Positions 36,494-45,998 of a DNA stretch of 59,743 nt are shown here, in pieces. The stretch is from contig JAZQJV010000017.1 of NCBI GenBank assembly GCA_045541795.1, forward strand, positions 1 through 59,743. Direction: 5' to 3'. Below the pieces are notes generated by a model that was not told the origin of the DNA, made no database searches, and saw only the letters and a list, made by a program, of their open reading frames with translations. The stretch comes from Patescibacteria group bacterium (GTDB taxonomy: Bacteria > Patescibacteriota > Microgenomatia > UBA1400 > PJMF01). A program made the position numbers and the translations under genes. Within the stretch, counting starts at the first letter, position 1, and each line of letters opens with the position of its first letter.

Positions 36494-36607
36494 ATCGCAA
36501 GAAAAGTTAAGTTCCCATATCTTATTATAAAAGGATAACCATCGTTAAAAATACGCACTGTGATAAAAGTGTAACAATTTATTGAATATGGTTCATTATC
36601 TTATAAT

Positions 36608-37724
36608 ATAAATTACCAATCATTTAGTCTATGAACATGGCTTTTCCAAGATCAATAAATATTTGTGGCGTCAGATATATAAGTGCCTTCGAGATTTAAC
36701 ACGCATCTGCCGATTAGCTCCTCAAAAATTATCGGATTGTCTTTATTATTCTGTCTAAAACAAAATTCATTAACATAATTCTGTAAATATTTAACAGAGA
36801 CATGATGATAAGTTCCGTAAACACCACGTTTAAGTAAAGCCCAGAAACTCTCAATACCATTTGTATGAATTCCATTTCCTTTAGAAAACTCTTTAAGAGA
36901 ATGATTAACTACAAAGTGATAATACTCACTCATATTTTCACGATTGACTTTTCTGTCTAAAATTCCGTAAGACTTAAAGTCATCAGTAACAACCACAGAC
37001 TTAGTTTTAACAACTTTATCTAATAGTTCAAGAAGTTGTTTACCAGATAACTTTTTGCCTTGTTTGTTTGGCATGGCTACTTTGGCAACCACCTTACTTG
37101 AAGTACGCTCCTTAATTCCTACCACTGGAGTTTTTCTTGTACCACGACTACGTTTATGTTCCTGGCTATCTCCCAGTCGTGGTTTACCTCCAACGTAAGT
37201 TTCATCAACTTCCACAATCGCTTCAAAAAGCTGAGTACTTTTATCATTTCCCATCGCTTGACGAATTTGTTTTAAAATCCTCCAAGCAGTTTTGTAAGAT
37301 ACTCCAGTATCACGTTGGAGTTGTTTAGCACTTACACCTTTTTAGCATTAAGGAAGATGAAAATCACATAAAACCAAACTTTTAAAGAAGTTGAAGATTT
37401 TTCAAAGATCGTATTCTTGAAAATTGAGAAGTGATTATCACAGTTATTACAAATTAGTTTCTTGGGAGTAGTATGACAGCGATAAACATTTTGACTATGG
37501 CAATGGGGACAGTGTAAATTGTCTTGGAAGCGAATTTTGATAAAGTAATCCATGACATCTCCATCAGTTGGAAACTGTTCTTGAAACTCACGGTAGTTCA
37601 CTTATGTCTTTACTAACTGGACAAATACTTCGTTAATATGCTGTAATATATCATAAATATACAAATTTGTCAAGTAGTAAAATATTATGTCACAATGCTA
37701 CTGCCCGTGAAGGGATAATTCCGA
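36608..37724 (-). mobile_element. IS1595-family insertion sequence, copy B (inverted relative to copy A)
   Basis: The outer end TCGGAATTATCCCTT appears on the plus strand as AAGGGATAATTCCGA (37710-37724). The other end AATGATTGGTAATTT (reverse complement of 36610-36624) resembles the copy A right end. Confidence 0.7.
36652..37601 (-). pseudogene. IS1595-family transposase, reading frame broken at an A5 run
   Basis: ORFs 37332-37601 (zinc ribbon CPHC...CNNC) and 36652-37254 (DDE part). The intervening GVSAKQLQRDTGVSYKTAWRILKQIRQAMG is in the -1 frame. The coding strand reads GCTAAAAAGG here versus GCTAAAAAAGG in copy A. Confidence 0.75.
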
Positions 37725-37874
37725 TAAATTATATGTTGCATTGACTAGGGCACATGGAAATGTATATCTGATAAATCAACAAGCTATTTAATTCAATATG
37801 CTCATATGAACTCTAACGGCTGGCAGTTTTCCCACCATTAATCAAACAAAAGTATGTTATAATAAGCCAGATTG

Positions 37875-38846
37875 ATGAAAAGTATAAAACAGGAAGAAAG
37901 CTCAATTGCGATTTCTGGCGTGCAACATGAAACTGTTGGTGGCGTCTCACTTGATTATTCTTTCTACTCTGGTGATGATAATTATAGTGATGGAAGTGTG
38001 GAAGATGATTTACTTGATATTGTCCGTCATAATGATAATTATGAGTTAGTTTTAAGAGAGCATAATGAATGGCCGTATTTGTATCATTTGTCATTATTGA
38101 GACATAATTTATTGGAATGGTATGATTTTAATCCTGGCGCGTCTTTACTCGAAGTTGGCAGTGGTTGTGGTGCCCTCACTGGTTTGTTTTGTGATAAATG
38201 TCATGATGTGACAGCGGTTGAATTTTCTCGCAAGAGATCAATCATCAATGCTGTCAGAAATAAGAGTCATGGCAATTTGAAGATTATTGTGGGGGATTTT
38301 AATAAAATACAACTCTCAAAGAGGTTCGATTTTGTTACTTTGATTGGAGTGCTGGAATACTCGGCGATTTATATGCCGAGTAGTGACGAGCCATTTCGAG
38401 ATATGCTCGTGCGAGCCAAGAGTTGTCTGAAGAGCGATGGACAATTGATTTTGGCGATTGAGAATAAATATGGGCTGAAATATTGGGCTGGTCATCCGGA
38501 AGATCATACAGGGAAGCTTTTTGATGGTATCACTGGCTATCCAACAACTATTGCTGCTAGAACATTTTCTAAAAATGCACTTGAGGATTTACTGGAAAAT
38601 GTGGGTTTTTCCAAATGCGAATTTTATTATCCTTTCCCCGACTATAAATTACCAACTTACGTTTTTTCTGATGAATATTTGCCTTCAAGTATACAATTTC
38701 GTTTAGACAGCCATCCATATGACCTTGATAGGCATCAATTATTTTCTGAAAATTTGGCTGCATTTGCACTTTCACAAGATAAATTGTGGCCATTTTTTGC
38801 TAATTCATTTCTTGTTTTTGCAACTCTGAAGGAAAGCCATGAATAA
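37875..38846 (+). CDS. Class I SAM-dependent methyltransferase
   Basis: LLEVGSGCGALTGLF (motif I), DVTAVEFS, FDFVTLIGVLEY. Confidence 0.85.
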   Translation: MKSIKQEESSIAISGVQHETVGGVSLDYSFYSGDDNYSDGSVEDDLLDIVRHNDNYELVLREHNEWPYLYHLSLLRHNLLEWYDFNPGASLLEVGSGCGALTGLFCDKCHDVTAVEFSRKRSIINAVRNKSHGNLKIIVGDFNKIQLSKRFDFVTLIGVLEYSAIYMPSSDEPFRDMLVRAKSCLKSDGQLILAIENKYGLKYWAGHPEDHTGKLFDGITGYPTTIAARTFSKNALEDLLENVGFSKCEFYYPFPDYKLPTYVFSDEYLPSSIQFRLDSHPYDLDRHQLFSENLAAFALSQDKLWPFFANSFLVFATLKESHE

Positions 38847-39855
38847 AGTCATTTTTGTTAAGTATAACTCTTTGCGTCGCCCTGATTTTCGGATAGTGAC
38901 AGAAATGATTTCAAATTGCAAATCTGGTAAACGGATCATCAGAAAACGTGCTTTATGTAGCTTGGCAGATAAGCATCTTTCGAAGATGATTGATAACGCT
39001 TCTAAGATGACTGACTATTATAACTCTTCAGTTAAGATTGCTAGTTGTAGACGAGTGAAGGGAGCAGTAGAGTTTGACTGTCTTGAGGGACTGGCTCTGA
39101 TTGATAAGATTAAGCGAGTCTCTGGCGATAAGGATGAGTTTATTAGGATTGTAACCCAGTTTTTAGATAAGATGTTGGACGTAAATAAAAAATACAGACA
39201 ACCATTTGTTGTTACTAAGCAATTTAAGAATGTTTTTGGAGATGTAAAACCATCATGTAAGCATGCACTAATTTTGACAAATCTTGACTCAACATTTGAT
39301 AATTTTATTATTGAGGGTGACAATATTTATTGTATTGATTACGAGTGGATATTTGATTTTCCTATACCTGTCGATTATATTAAATTTAGAGCTTTATATT
39401 ATTTATCTCACGATTTAGGACAATTGCTAAAAGATCAGCCTGATGCTTGCACTTTTTTATCCTGGTTTGGCTTTTCAAAGAATGAATTTAGGATTTACCA
39501 AAAGATGGAAGACAGTTTTCAGCAATTTGTCTATGGAACTAATCTTCATTTTAACTATTTGCCCAGATATGAAAAACGATCTTACCATCTGAATGACTTG
39601 CATGCACGTTGTGCGTTAGTTGACCAACTGGAAAAGCAGACGAGCAAAACGCTGCAAAGTTTAGAAAAACAGAATCAGATCAATGCTGAGTTGATTGACA
39701 AAAACTCACAATTGCGAAATGAATTAGTACGTAAAGATGAGTTGATTAATACTCTGGCTGAGATTTTGGAAAATCATCACAGAGCGCTGCGAGATCCAGT
39801 CTTTGCAATTTCTTTTTTAATTAAAAAAATTAGACGAAAGATTATGCATGAATGA
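38839..39855 (+). CDS. Kinase-like (APH/choline-kinase fold) protein with a C-terminal coiled coil
   Basis: LTNLDSTFDNFII matches the catalytic-loop D-x4-N pattern. IYCIDYEW is a DFE-type motif. A heptad-like tail (LEKQTSKTLQSLEKQNQINAELIDKNSQLRNELVRKDELINTL) follows. It overlaps the methyltransferase gene by 8 nt. Confidence 0.5.
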   Translation: MNKVIFVKYNSLRRPDFRIVTEMISNCKSGKRIIRKRALCSLADKHLSKMIDNASKMTDYYNSSVKIASCRRVKGAVEFDCLEGLALIDKIKRVSGDKDEFIRIVTQFLDKMLDVNKKYRQPFVVTKQFKNVFGDVKPSCKHALILTNLDSTFDNFIIEGDNIYCIDYEWIFDFPIPVDYIKFRALYYLSHDLGQLLKDQPDACTFLSWFGFSKNEFRIYQKMEDSFQQFVYGTNLHFNYLPRYEKRSYHLNDLHARCALVDQLEKQTSKTLQSLEKQNQINAELIDKNSQLRNELVRKDELINTLAEILENHHRALRDPVFAISFLIKKIRRKIMHE

Positions 39856-41269
39856 GAATGTGGAAGCATCAGTAATCATCCTTAATTTCAATGGAGAGCA
39901 TGTAATCGAAACGACTATTGATAGCGTTTTGTCGTCAAAAGTGAAATTTAGCTTTGAAGTAATCGTGGTGGATAACCATTCTCAAGATAACAGTAAGAAG
40001 GTATTAAAAAAGTATCAGGATTATTCTAATGTCAAACTTCTTTTTCTAGATGCCAATTATGGTTTTGCTGGCGGGAATAATCGTGGTATTGATATTGCCA
40101 GAGGAGATTATGTGGTTCTTTTAAATAATGATTGCCCTGTTGAATCAAATTGGCTAGCTGAACTCGTTGCTTGCGCAGATAGACACCCAAATGCTTTTAG
40201 TGTCAATTCTAAGATCTGTTTATATCCTCGGTATGTTGATATGTCTTTACCATTGCTTTTCCCTGCAAACATCACTAAAGTCAAACTGGCTCAGTCAAAT
40301 CTGCTGAGTTTCCGTTCTCATTGTCAATCTCTTGATTTGCTTTATACACAGGATTATAATAGACAGATTCTTAATATTTCTGTTCCAGTTGATATTAATT
40401 ATGATAAAAATGTAAGTATTGAAATAGAGTGTAATTTTGTGGTAGATGAAGAGAATAAGGATACAGTTTCGCTTGACGGGCAGCTTTTGGATGTGCCTGA
40501 ATTTACGAAGTTAGTCAATAAAAAAACCCATTATACCATTGAAAAGCATAGCTCGAAAAGTAAATTTGCGGAATGCAAAGACGTGGTTCAAACTTATCTT
40601 TTGGAGATTTCTTTAAGTGAACCGACGCAAAAACAAGCATATCGGGTTGTCCAAAATGCTGGTAGTATGGTTTTTCAAGACGGCTATGGACGTGATATTG
40701 GGGCAAGTGTTTCTGGTACCACTCAAATGTATGAACGAGATAAGCATCAGTTTAATGAGGAAAGAATAGTATATGCGACCTGCGGAGCAGCAGTGCTGTA
40801 TCGTCGCAAATTCTTGGATCAACTTGGTGGTGGCCTCGACGATTCTTTTTTTATGTATTATGAGGATACCGCATTGTCAGAGCAGGCAAATTTAGCAGGA
40901 TTTAAGAATTATTACTGTCCGAAAGCACGGGTAAATCATCTTCATGCACTTTCTAGCGGGGAATGGTCTGACTTTTTTATTTTTCATGTGGAAAAGGGGC
41001 GATTGTTACATGTTTTTTACACTTTCCCCATAAACGTTTTTTGGCGAGAATTTTTGGCGTTTGCTATAAGAGCATGTGGGAGAAGCGTAAAGAATATAAT
41101 CAAGCGGAGACAATGTAGCGCTGATACGCAATATTTCAAGGTAATTTGGGATTTTGTAAGAAACTATGCTAAGTATAGGAATAACAAGAAGATGAGGTAT
41201 AATTTTGAGAAGGCTGCAATAACGGAGAATTATAAGAAAATACTTAGTGGTTATTGGTATTTTAATTGA
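39848..41269 (+). CDS. Family 2 glycosyltransferase
   Basis: SVIILNFNG...EVIVVDNHSQDNS...NYGFAGGNNRGI...VVLLNNDC are GT-A / DxD-type motifs. Confidence 0.85.
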   Translation: MNENVEASVIILNFNGEHVIETTIDSVLSSKVKFSFEVIVVDNHSQDNSKKVLKKYQDYSNVKLLFLDANYGFAGGNNRGIDIARGDYVVLLNNDCPVESNWLAELVACADRHPNAFSVNSKICLYPRYVDMSLPLLFPANITKVKLAQSNLLSFRSHCQSLDLLYTQDYNRQILNISVPVDINYDKNVSIEIECNFVVDEENKDTVSLDGQLLDVPEFTKLVNKKTHYTIEKHSSKSKFAECKDVVQTYLLEISLSEPTQKQAYRVVQNAGSMVFQDGYGRDIGASVSGTTQMYERDKHQFNEERIVYATCGAAVLYRRKFLDQLGGGLDDSFFMYYEDTALSEQANLAGFKNYYCPKARVNHLHALSSGEWSDFFIFHVEKGRLLHVFYTFPINVFWREFLAFAIRACGRSVKNIIKRRQCSADTQYFKVIWDFVRNYAKYRNNKKMRYNFEKAAITENYKKILSGYWYFN

Positions 41270-41271
41270 TT

Positions 41272-42825
41272 ATGCAAAAAACAGCAATAGTTTATGACAA
41301 ATGGTTGAGTACTCTTGGTGGTGGCGAGGTGGTTGCGTGTAATATTGCAAAAGTGCTTTTAGATTTGGGCTATAAAGTGACGTTTGTAATGGGTAAGTCC
41401 GTCACTGTTAGCGAAATTAAGAGAAAGCTAAATATTGATTTGTCTGACGCTTCGTTTGCGGAAATTTGGAATGATGAGCTCACATTGCAAAATCTTACAA
41501 AAGGTGTGGATATTTATGTAAATGCAACTTTTATGGATTATACTCGAGGTTTTGCTAAGAAAAATTATTATTATGTTTTTTTCCCGACTCCTCTTGGCCG
41601 TGGCCTATTAAACGGGTTGAAAAACAAATTGTATCTTCCGATGATGGCTAAAATAATTCGTCCTCGGGAGTTACTATCTAATGAAGAGCGTCAAGTCGTA
41701 TTAAATAATAACTTCGGCTGGAGGCTGGCTCAAGAACCATTAAAGATTGCTTTTTATAATTTAACGCCGGGAAATAAGTGCACATTGAATTTTCAGGTAT
41801 TTTTTTCAAATTTTGATAAGTCTAATCTTGAGGGGTTGCATTTTAGCATTAAAAATGGTGACATTTTGAATCAAGAAGTAATTTGCGATCATCGTCATAA
41901 TGTATTGCGTTTTAGATGTAATGTACTTTCCAGCAACAGCACACTGTATGTCTATTGGAAACAGACAAATGGCAGCGATGTTTTTTTGATTAATCCTAAT
42001 GTTGAAAAAGGTTTGATTGGCCAGGTGTTACGCCTTTTCGGTATGACTAAAATAAAAAATCGATTGCGAGCGGGGGTATTTCAATCTCCTCTTTTAAAGA
42101 TAAGAATGTTTCATTTGTTGGCTGATTCTAAATTTACCCAGAAATGGATTAATAGATATTGGCAATGTAGCTCCACTCTCCTCTATCCGCCAGTGGAGAT
42201 GTTTTTTTTGGATCGACCTATTGATTATAAAAAGAAACGCAATTGGATATGTCATGTGGGCCGATTTTTTACCATGGGGCATGGCAAGAAACAAGAAATT
42301 CTCATCGAAACATTTAAGCAGTTGTGTGATGATGGTCTGAGTGATTGGGAATTACATCTGGCTGGTGGTGTGGGGAGCGAAACTAATACTCAAGCGTTTG
42401 TGAATTATCTGCGTAAACTAGCCGATGGTTATCCAATCTTCTTTCATTTTAATTGCACGCGCAGCGAGATTATAAATTTGTATTATAGTTCTCGCATTTA
42501 TTGGCATGCAACTGGTTTTGGTGAGAATGAAAACAAAGAACCAATCAAAATGGAACACTTTGGCATTTCTCCCATAGAAGCAATGTCTGCTGGATGTATA
42601 CCAGTTTTGTATAAGGCTGGCGGTTTGCCGGAAACAGTTTATAATTTAGGCGGTGACGAACGTTATTTATTTACAAGTATAAATGACTTAAAATCTAAGA
42701 CTCTACTGGTTATTGATAATATCAATGAGATCTTCCTTACTAATGAACGCCAACAAATTATGGAGAATCTTTATTCCTTACAATCTTTTAAAAATCAGTT
42801 AATTCGTATGTTTAAGCAAGATTAA
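41272..42825 (+). CDS. Family 4 (GT-B) glycosyltransferase with an extended N-terminal domain
   Basis: The C-terminal EHFGISPIEAMSAGCIPV (E-x7-E) is typical of GT4. Confidence 0.8.
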   Translation: MQKTAIVYDKWLSTLGGGEVVACNIAKVLLDLGYKVTFVMGKSVTVSEIKRKLNIDLSDASFAEIWNDELTLQNLTKGVDIYVNATFMDYTRGFAKKNYYYVFFPTPLGRGLLNGLKNKLYLPMMAKIIRPRELLSNEERQVVLNNNFGWRLAQEPLKIAFYNLTPGNKCTLNFQVFFSNFDKSNLEGLHFSIKNGDILNQEVICDHRHNVLRFRCNVLSSNSTLYVYWKQTNGSDVFLINPNVEKGLIGQVLRLFGMTKIKNRLRAGVFQSPLLKIRMFHLLADSKFTQKWINRYWQCSSTLLYPPVEMFFLDRPIDYKKKRNWICHVGRFFTMGHGKKQEILIETFKQLCDDGLSDWELHLAGGVGSETNTQAFVNYLRKLADGYPIFFHFNCTRSEIINLYYSSRIYWHATGFGENENKEPIKMEHFGISPIEAMSAGCIPVLYKAGGLPETVYNLGGDERYLFTSINDLKSKTLLVIDNINEIFLTNERQQIMENLYSLQSFKNQLIRMFKQD

Positions 42826-42892
42826 TATTGATGAGATATATGTGCTATGTTTTTTGTAAATTTGTGATATAATATGATTGATTGGTTATAAT

Positions 42893-43828
42893 ATGAAAAA
42901 AACTACGGCCAGAATAGCAGTTTTAATCCCGTGTTTTAATGAGGGGGGGGCAATTGCGAAGGTGGTGGCTGATTTTTTGCATGTGCTGCCCAATGCTTGT
43001 ATTTATGTTTATGACAATAATTCTACAGACGATACTGTAACGCAGGCAAAAAAAGCCGGTGCTATTGTACGACATGAGTATCAACAAGGTAAAGGCAATG
43101 TCATTCGGCGGATGTTCCGTGAAATTGATGCTGATTGCTATATTTTAGTTGACGGCGATAATACCTATCCAGCTGATGCCGCCAAAGAACTGGCGAAACA
43201 AGTTTTGGATCGTCAAGCCGACATGGTAGTTGGCGATCGTTTATCGTCAACATACTACACACAAAATAAACGGCGTTTTCATAATTTCGGCAACAACCTG
43301 GTGAAAAATACTATTAATTATCTCTTTAGAAGTGACATCAAAGATATTATGTCTGGCTATCGTGCTTTCAGTCATCAATTTGTTAAAACTTTCCCCGTTC
43401 TTTCCAGTGGTTTTGAAATTGAGACAGAAATGACAATTCATGCATTAGATAAAAATTTACGCGTAGTCAATGTACCTATAGCATATAGAGATAGAGCTGA
43501 GGGAAGTTTCTCGAAGTTAAATACTTATTCAGATGGCGCTAAAGTATTGACGACTATTTTTGTGCTTTATAAGAACTATAAACCGTTGGCGTTTTTTGGT
43601 AGTATTGCCTCTGTGCTTTTTGTGATAGCAAGTGCTTTTATGTTTCCAATTATTGAAACTTATTTGCGCACTGGTTTAGTACCACAATTCCCGACGCTTA
43701 TTGTGTGCGTATTTGTTATGATGGCGAGTATTCAGTCATTATTTGCCGGTTTGATCTTGTCTTCTATTGCGCAAAAGAATAGGCGAGACTTTGAATATAG
43801 ATTAATTGGAGTAAATAATGAAAAATAA
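42893..43828 (+). CDS. Membrane-associated GT2 (polyprenyl-phosphate sugar synthase; DPM1/GtrB/CsbB-like)
   Basis: IAVLIPCFNE...YVYDNNSTDDT...LVDGDNTY GT-A core plus two C-terminal TM helices. Confidence 0.8.
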   Translation: MKKTTARIAVLIPCFNEGGAIAKVVADFLHVLPNACIYVYDNNSTDDTVTQAKKAGAIVRHEYQQGKGNVIRRMFREIDADCYILVDGDNTYPADAAKELAKQVLDRQADMVVGDRLSSTYYTQNKRRFHNFGNNLVKNTINYLFRSDIKDIMSGYRAFSHQFVKTFPVLSSGFEIETEMTIHALDKNLRVVNVPIAYRDRAEGSFSKLNTYSDGAKVLTTIFVLYKNYKPLAFFGSIASVLFVIASAFMFPIIETYLRTGLVPQFPTLIVCVFVMMASIQSLFAGLILSSIAQKNRRDFEYRLIGVNNEK

Positions 43829-45986
43829 TAAAACCAAATTCTGGCGTTTTAGTTCATGGCTTGTTGCTGCTTATATTATCTATACCGTATATGTATGGTG
43901 TTTGGAATTACTTAATTTGATTTGTTATTATTGCGGTTGGACGCAGGATGTCTCTTGGGTGAAACTTTTAGTGGGAGTAGTGATTGTAGCTTTATTTGTG
44001 TATTTATATCGATCTGGGCTAATTAAGATTGAGAAAAACAAATATAACTGGGTTTTTTGGGGCGGATGCGCATTTATCCTTTTATTAGGATTTGCGCGTT
44101 CGTTATATCCAGATGTATCATTTGACACGTGGAATTATCACTTGCTAGCGCAAAAGCCACAGTTTGTTAATTATTTTAAGGAAGGTTTTGGTGCTGGTAA
44201 TTTCCAATATTGGGGTTTCCATCTTGGTGATAAAATGTTTTATTTTGTGCGACAATTATTAGGTTATCGTTTGGGAACTATAATGAATGTCTTTGTGACA
44301 ATTTTGATATATGCACAATTGATTAAAATATATATTTTATTATCGCATAAAAAAGATTCTTTCTTCTTGCTATCGTTATTTGCTTTGTTGGCAGTGCTGT
44401 CGCAGTGGGATATTTTACTAATGTGGGGGACTTATAATGTCGATATTTTAGCCATCCCTTTTGCATTAGAAGCGATAATTATGTTAGTTGGTTGGGTAAA
44501 CCAAAAGAAAAAAGAAGTTAACTATAATGAAGCAGTATATTTCTTTTTATTGTGCGGTTTTTGTTTGGCTTTTAAAATGACAAATATAGTGGTGATCGCT
44601 CCACTTGTTTTGTTCTATTTGTACTGCTTTAGGAAAATGATGACCTGGAAAGAATTAATACTTTTTGGTATAGCGTCTCTTATCCCGGTGAGTATATATT
44701 TAGTTTTTAATTTTTCTGTCACTGGTAATCCAGTATTCCCATACTTTAACACCGTATTTAAATCGCCATATTATGCATTGGAAAATTTTAAGGATAGACG
44801 CTGGGGAGGCGAAAGTTTCTTATCTAAACTATTCTGGATTGCGCATATGATCACCGACCGAGATTTGAGAGTTTCGGAGATGCCTAACCCTTCGGTATAT
44901 GTTTTGGCTTTATCGTTTGTCTGTTTTATAATTATGGCGGCCGTCTATGTTTCTCGATGGGTATATCTACGGCATAAAATGACGGCAAATAATATGCTCA
45001 TGGTTTTATTTGCTGGCAGTTACTTAGTCTGGGTATTTACTACTTGTTATTCTCGTTATTTTATTTATGGCCTGGTGCTTTTATCTGTTATGATGTATCT
45101 AGTATGCGACGAATTATTATCGATCAAAAGGAGGAAATGGTGGCATTTGTCTCTGGTTTGTTTAATTGTAGCATTACAGATTTTTACATTTGCTAGGCAG
45201 TGGATGGGTGTTTTAGATGGAAAAGGTTGGTCGATGGCGCATATTAATTATGAGACTCTAAAAAGGAATCTGAAATTTGCATTTGCTGATTACAAGTGGG
45301 TCTTAAATAGCGAGAAAAAACCACAATTTTTCATTTTGCCAGCCTCTGCTCTTACTGGTGCTGTATACTTATTAGATCCGACTGCACAGATAATTGTCGC
45401 TCCATATCGCGATTATTTGGATAATGCACAAGCAATGACAATATTTGATAAGCGTTTGTCTGAATTTTGGTCTCATGAAACTTATAGTATTTTAGCCGAT
45501 CACTTATTATATGTTGACGACGAGTTGTCGGAATTTGATAAATCAGGGTTAATAATTACCGATTTGCATAGAATAGATAATAATGACAGACATATGTATT
45601 TGGCTGATATTAGACAAGCGGTTGGTAATGAGAGTAATGAAGTGATATATTTAACAGGAGATCAGGAATTTGAGGTTGCTTCAGGATCGGCTAGTCAGGT
45701 GGATATAGTTTATAGCCCGGTTAATGATCCTGCAGGATTTTACTATATATTGAAAGCATTTGTCTTGGAAGATGATAAAGTGATAAATAGAAGTGAAATC
45801 AGAATAGATGATTTTAATCCTCATCATTTGATATTGCCACTGGGCGAGAATGGCGCAAATAAAAGAATTAGATTGGAGTTATTGTTCAATGGCACTGATA
45901 AAGTTGCTCCAGATGATTTGATTCATTGCGTAGCTGTGATTAATCCGCCATTTGCTATTACTGATATAACTGATGCTGAGCGTTAA
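43818..45986 (+). CDS. Large polytopic membrane protein (722 aa), probably a GT-C-type glycosyltransferase or polymerase
   Basis: About 12 or more hydrophobic helices over the first ~450 aa, then a ~250-aa soluble C-domain. The start overlaps the upstream gene. Confidence 0.6.
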   Translation: MKNNKTKFWRFSSWLVAAYIIYTVYVWCLELLNLICYYCGWTQDVSWVKLLVGVVIVALFVYLYRSGLIKIEKNKYNWVFWGGCAFILLLGFARSLYPDVSFDTWNYHLLAQKPQFVNYFKEGFGAGNFQYWGFHLGDKMFYFVRQLLGYRLGTIMNVFVTILIYAQLIKIYILLSHKKDSFFLLSLFALLAVLSQWDILLMWGTYNVDILAIPFALEAIIMLVGWVNQKKKEVNYNEAVYFFLLCGFCLAFKMTNIVVIAPLVLFYLYCFRKMMTWKELILFGIASLIPVSIYLVFNFSVTGNPVFPYFNTVFKSPYYALENFKDRRWGGESFLSKLFWIAHMITDRDLRVSEMPNPSVYVLALSFVCFIIMAAVYVSRWVYLRHKMTANNMLMVLFAGSYLVWVFTTCYSRYFIYGLVLLSVMMYLVCDELLSIKRRKWWHLSLVCLIVALQIFTFARQWMGVLDGKGWSMAHINYETLKRNLKFAFADYKWVLNSEKKPQFFILPASALTGAVYLLDPTAQIIVAPYRDYLDNAQAMTIFDKRLSEFWSHETYSILADHLLYVDDELSEFDKSGLIITDLHRIDNNDRHMYLADIRQAVGNESNEVIYLTGDQEFEVASGSASQVDIVYSPVNDPAGFYYILKAFVLEDDKVINRSEIRIDDFNPHHLILPLGENGANKRIRLELLFNGTDKVAPDDLIHCVAVINPPFAITDITDAER

Positions 45987-45998
45987 AAATAGGTAATT

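Noticed and set aside
37332-37345. Programmed -1 ribosomal frameshift in transposase B at the A-run
   Set aside because: The run is A5G, not the canonical A6G heptamer. Copy A has A6 and reads straight through in frame, so a simple 1-nt length change explains it better.
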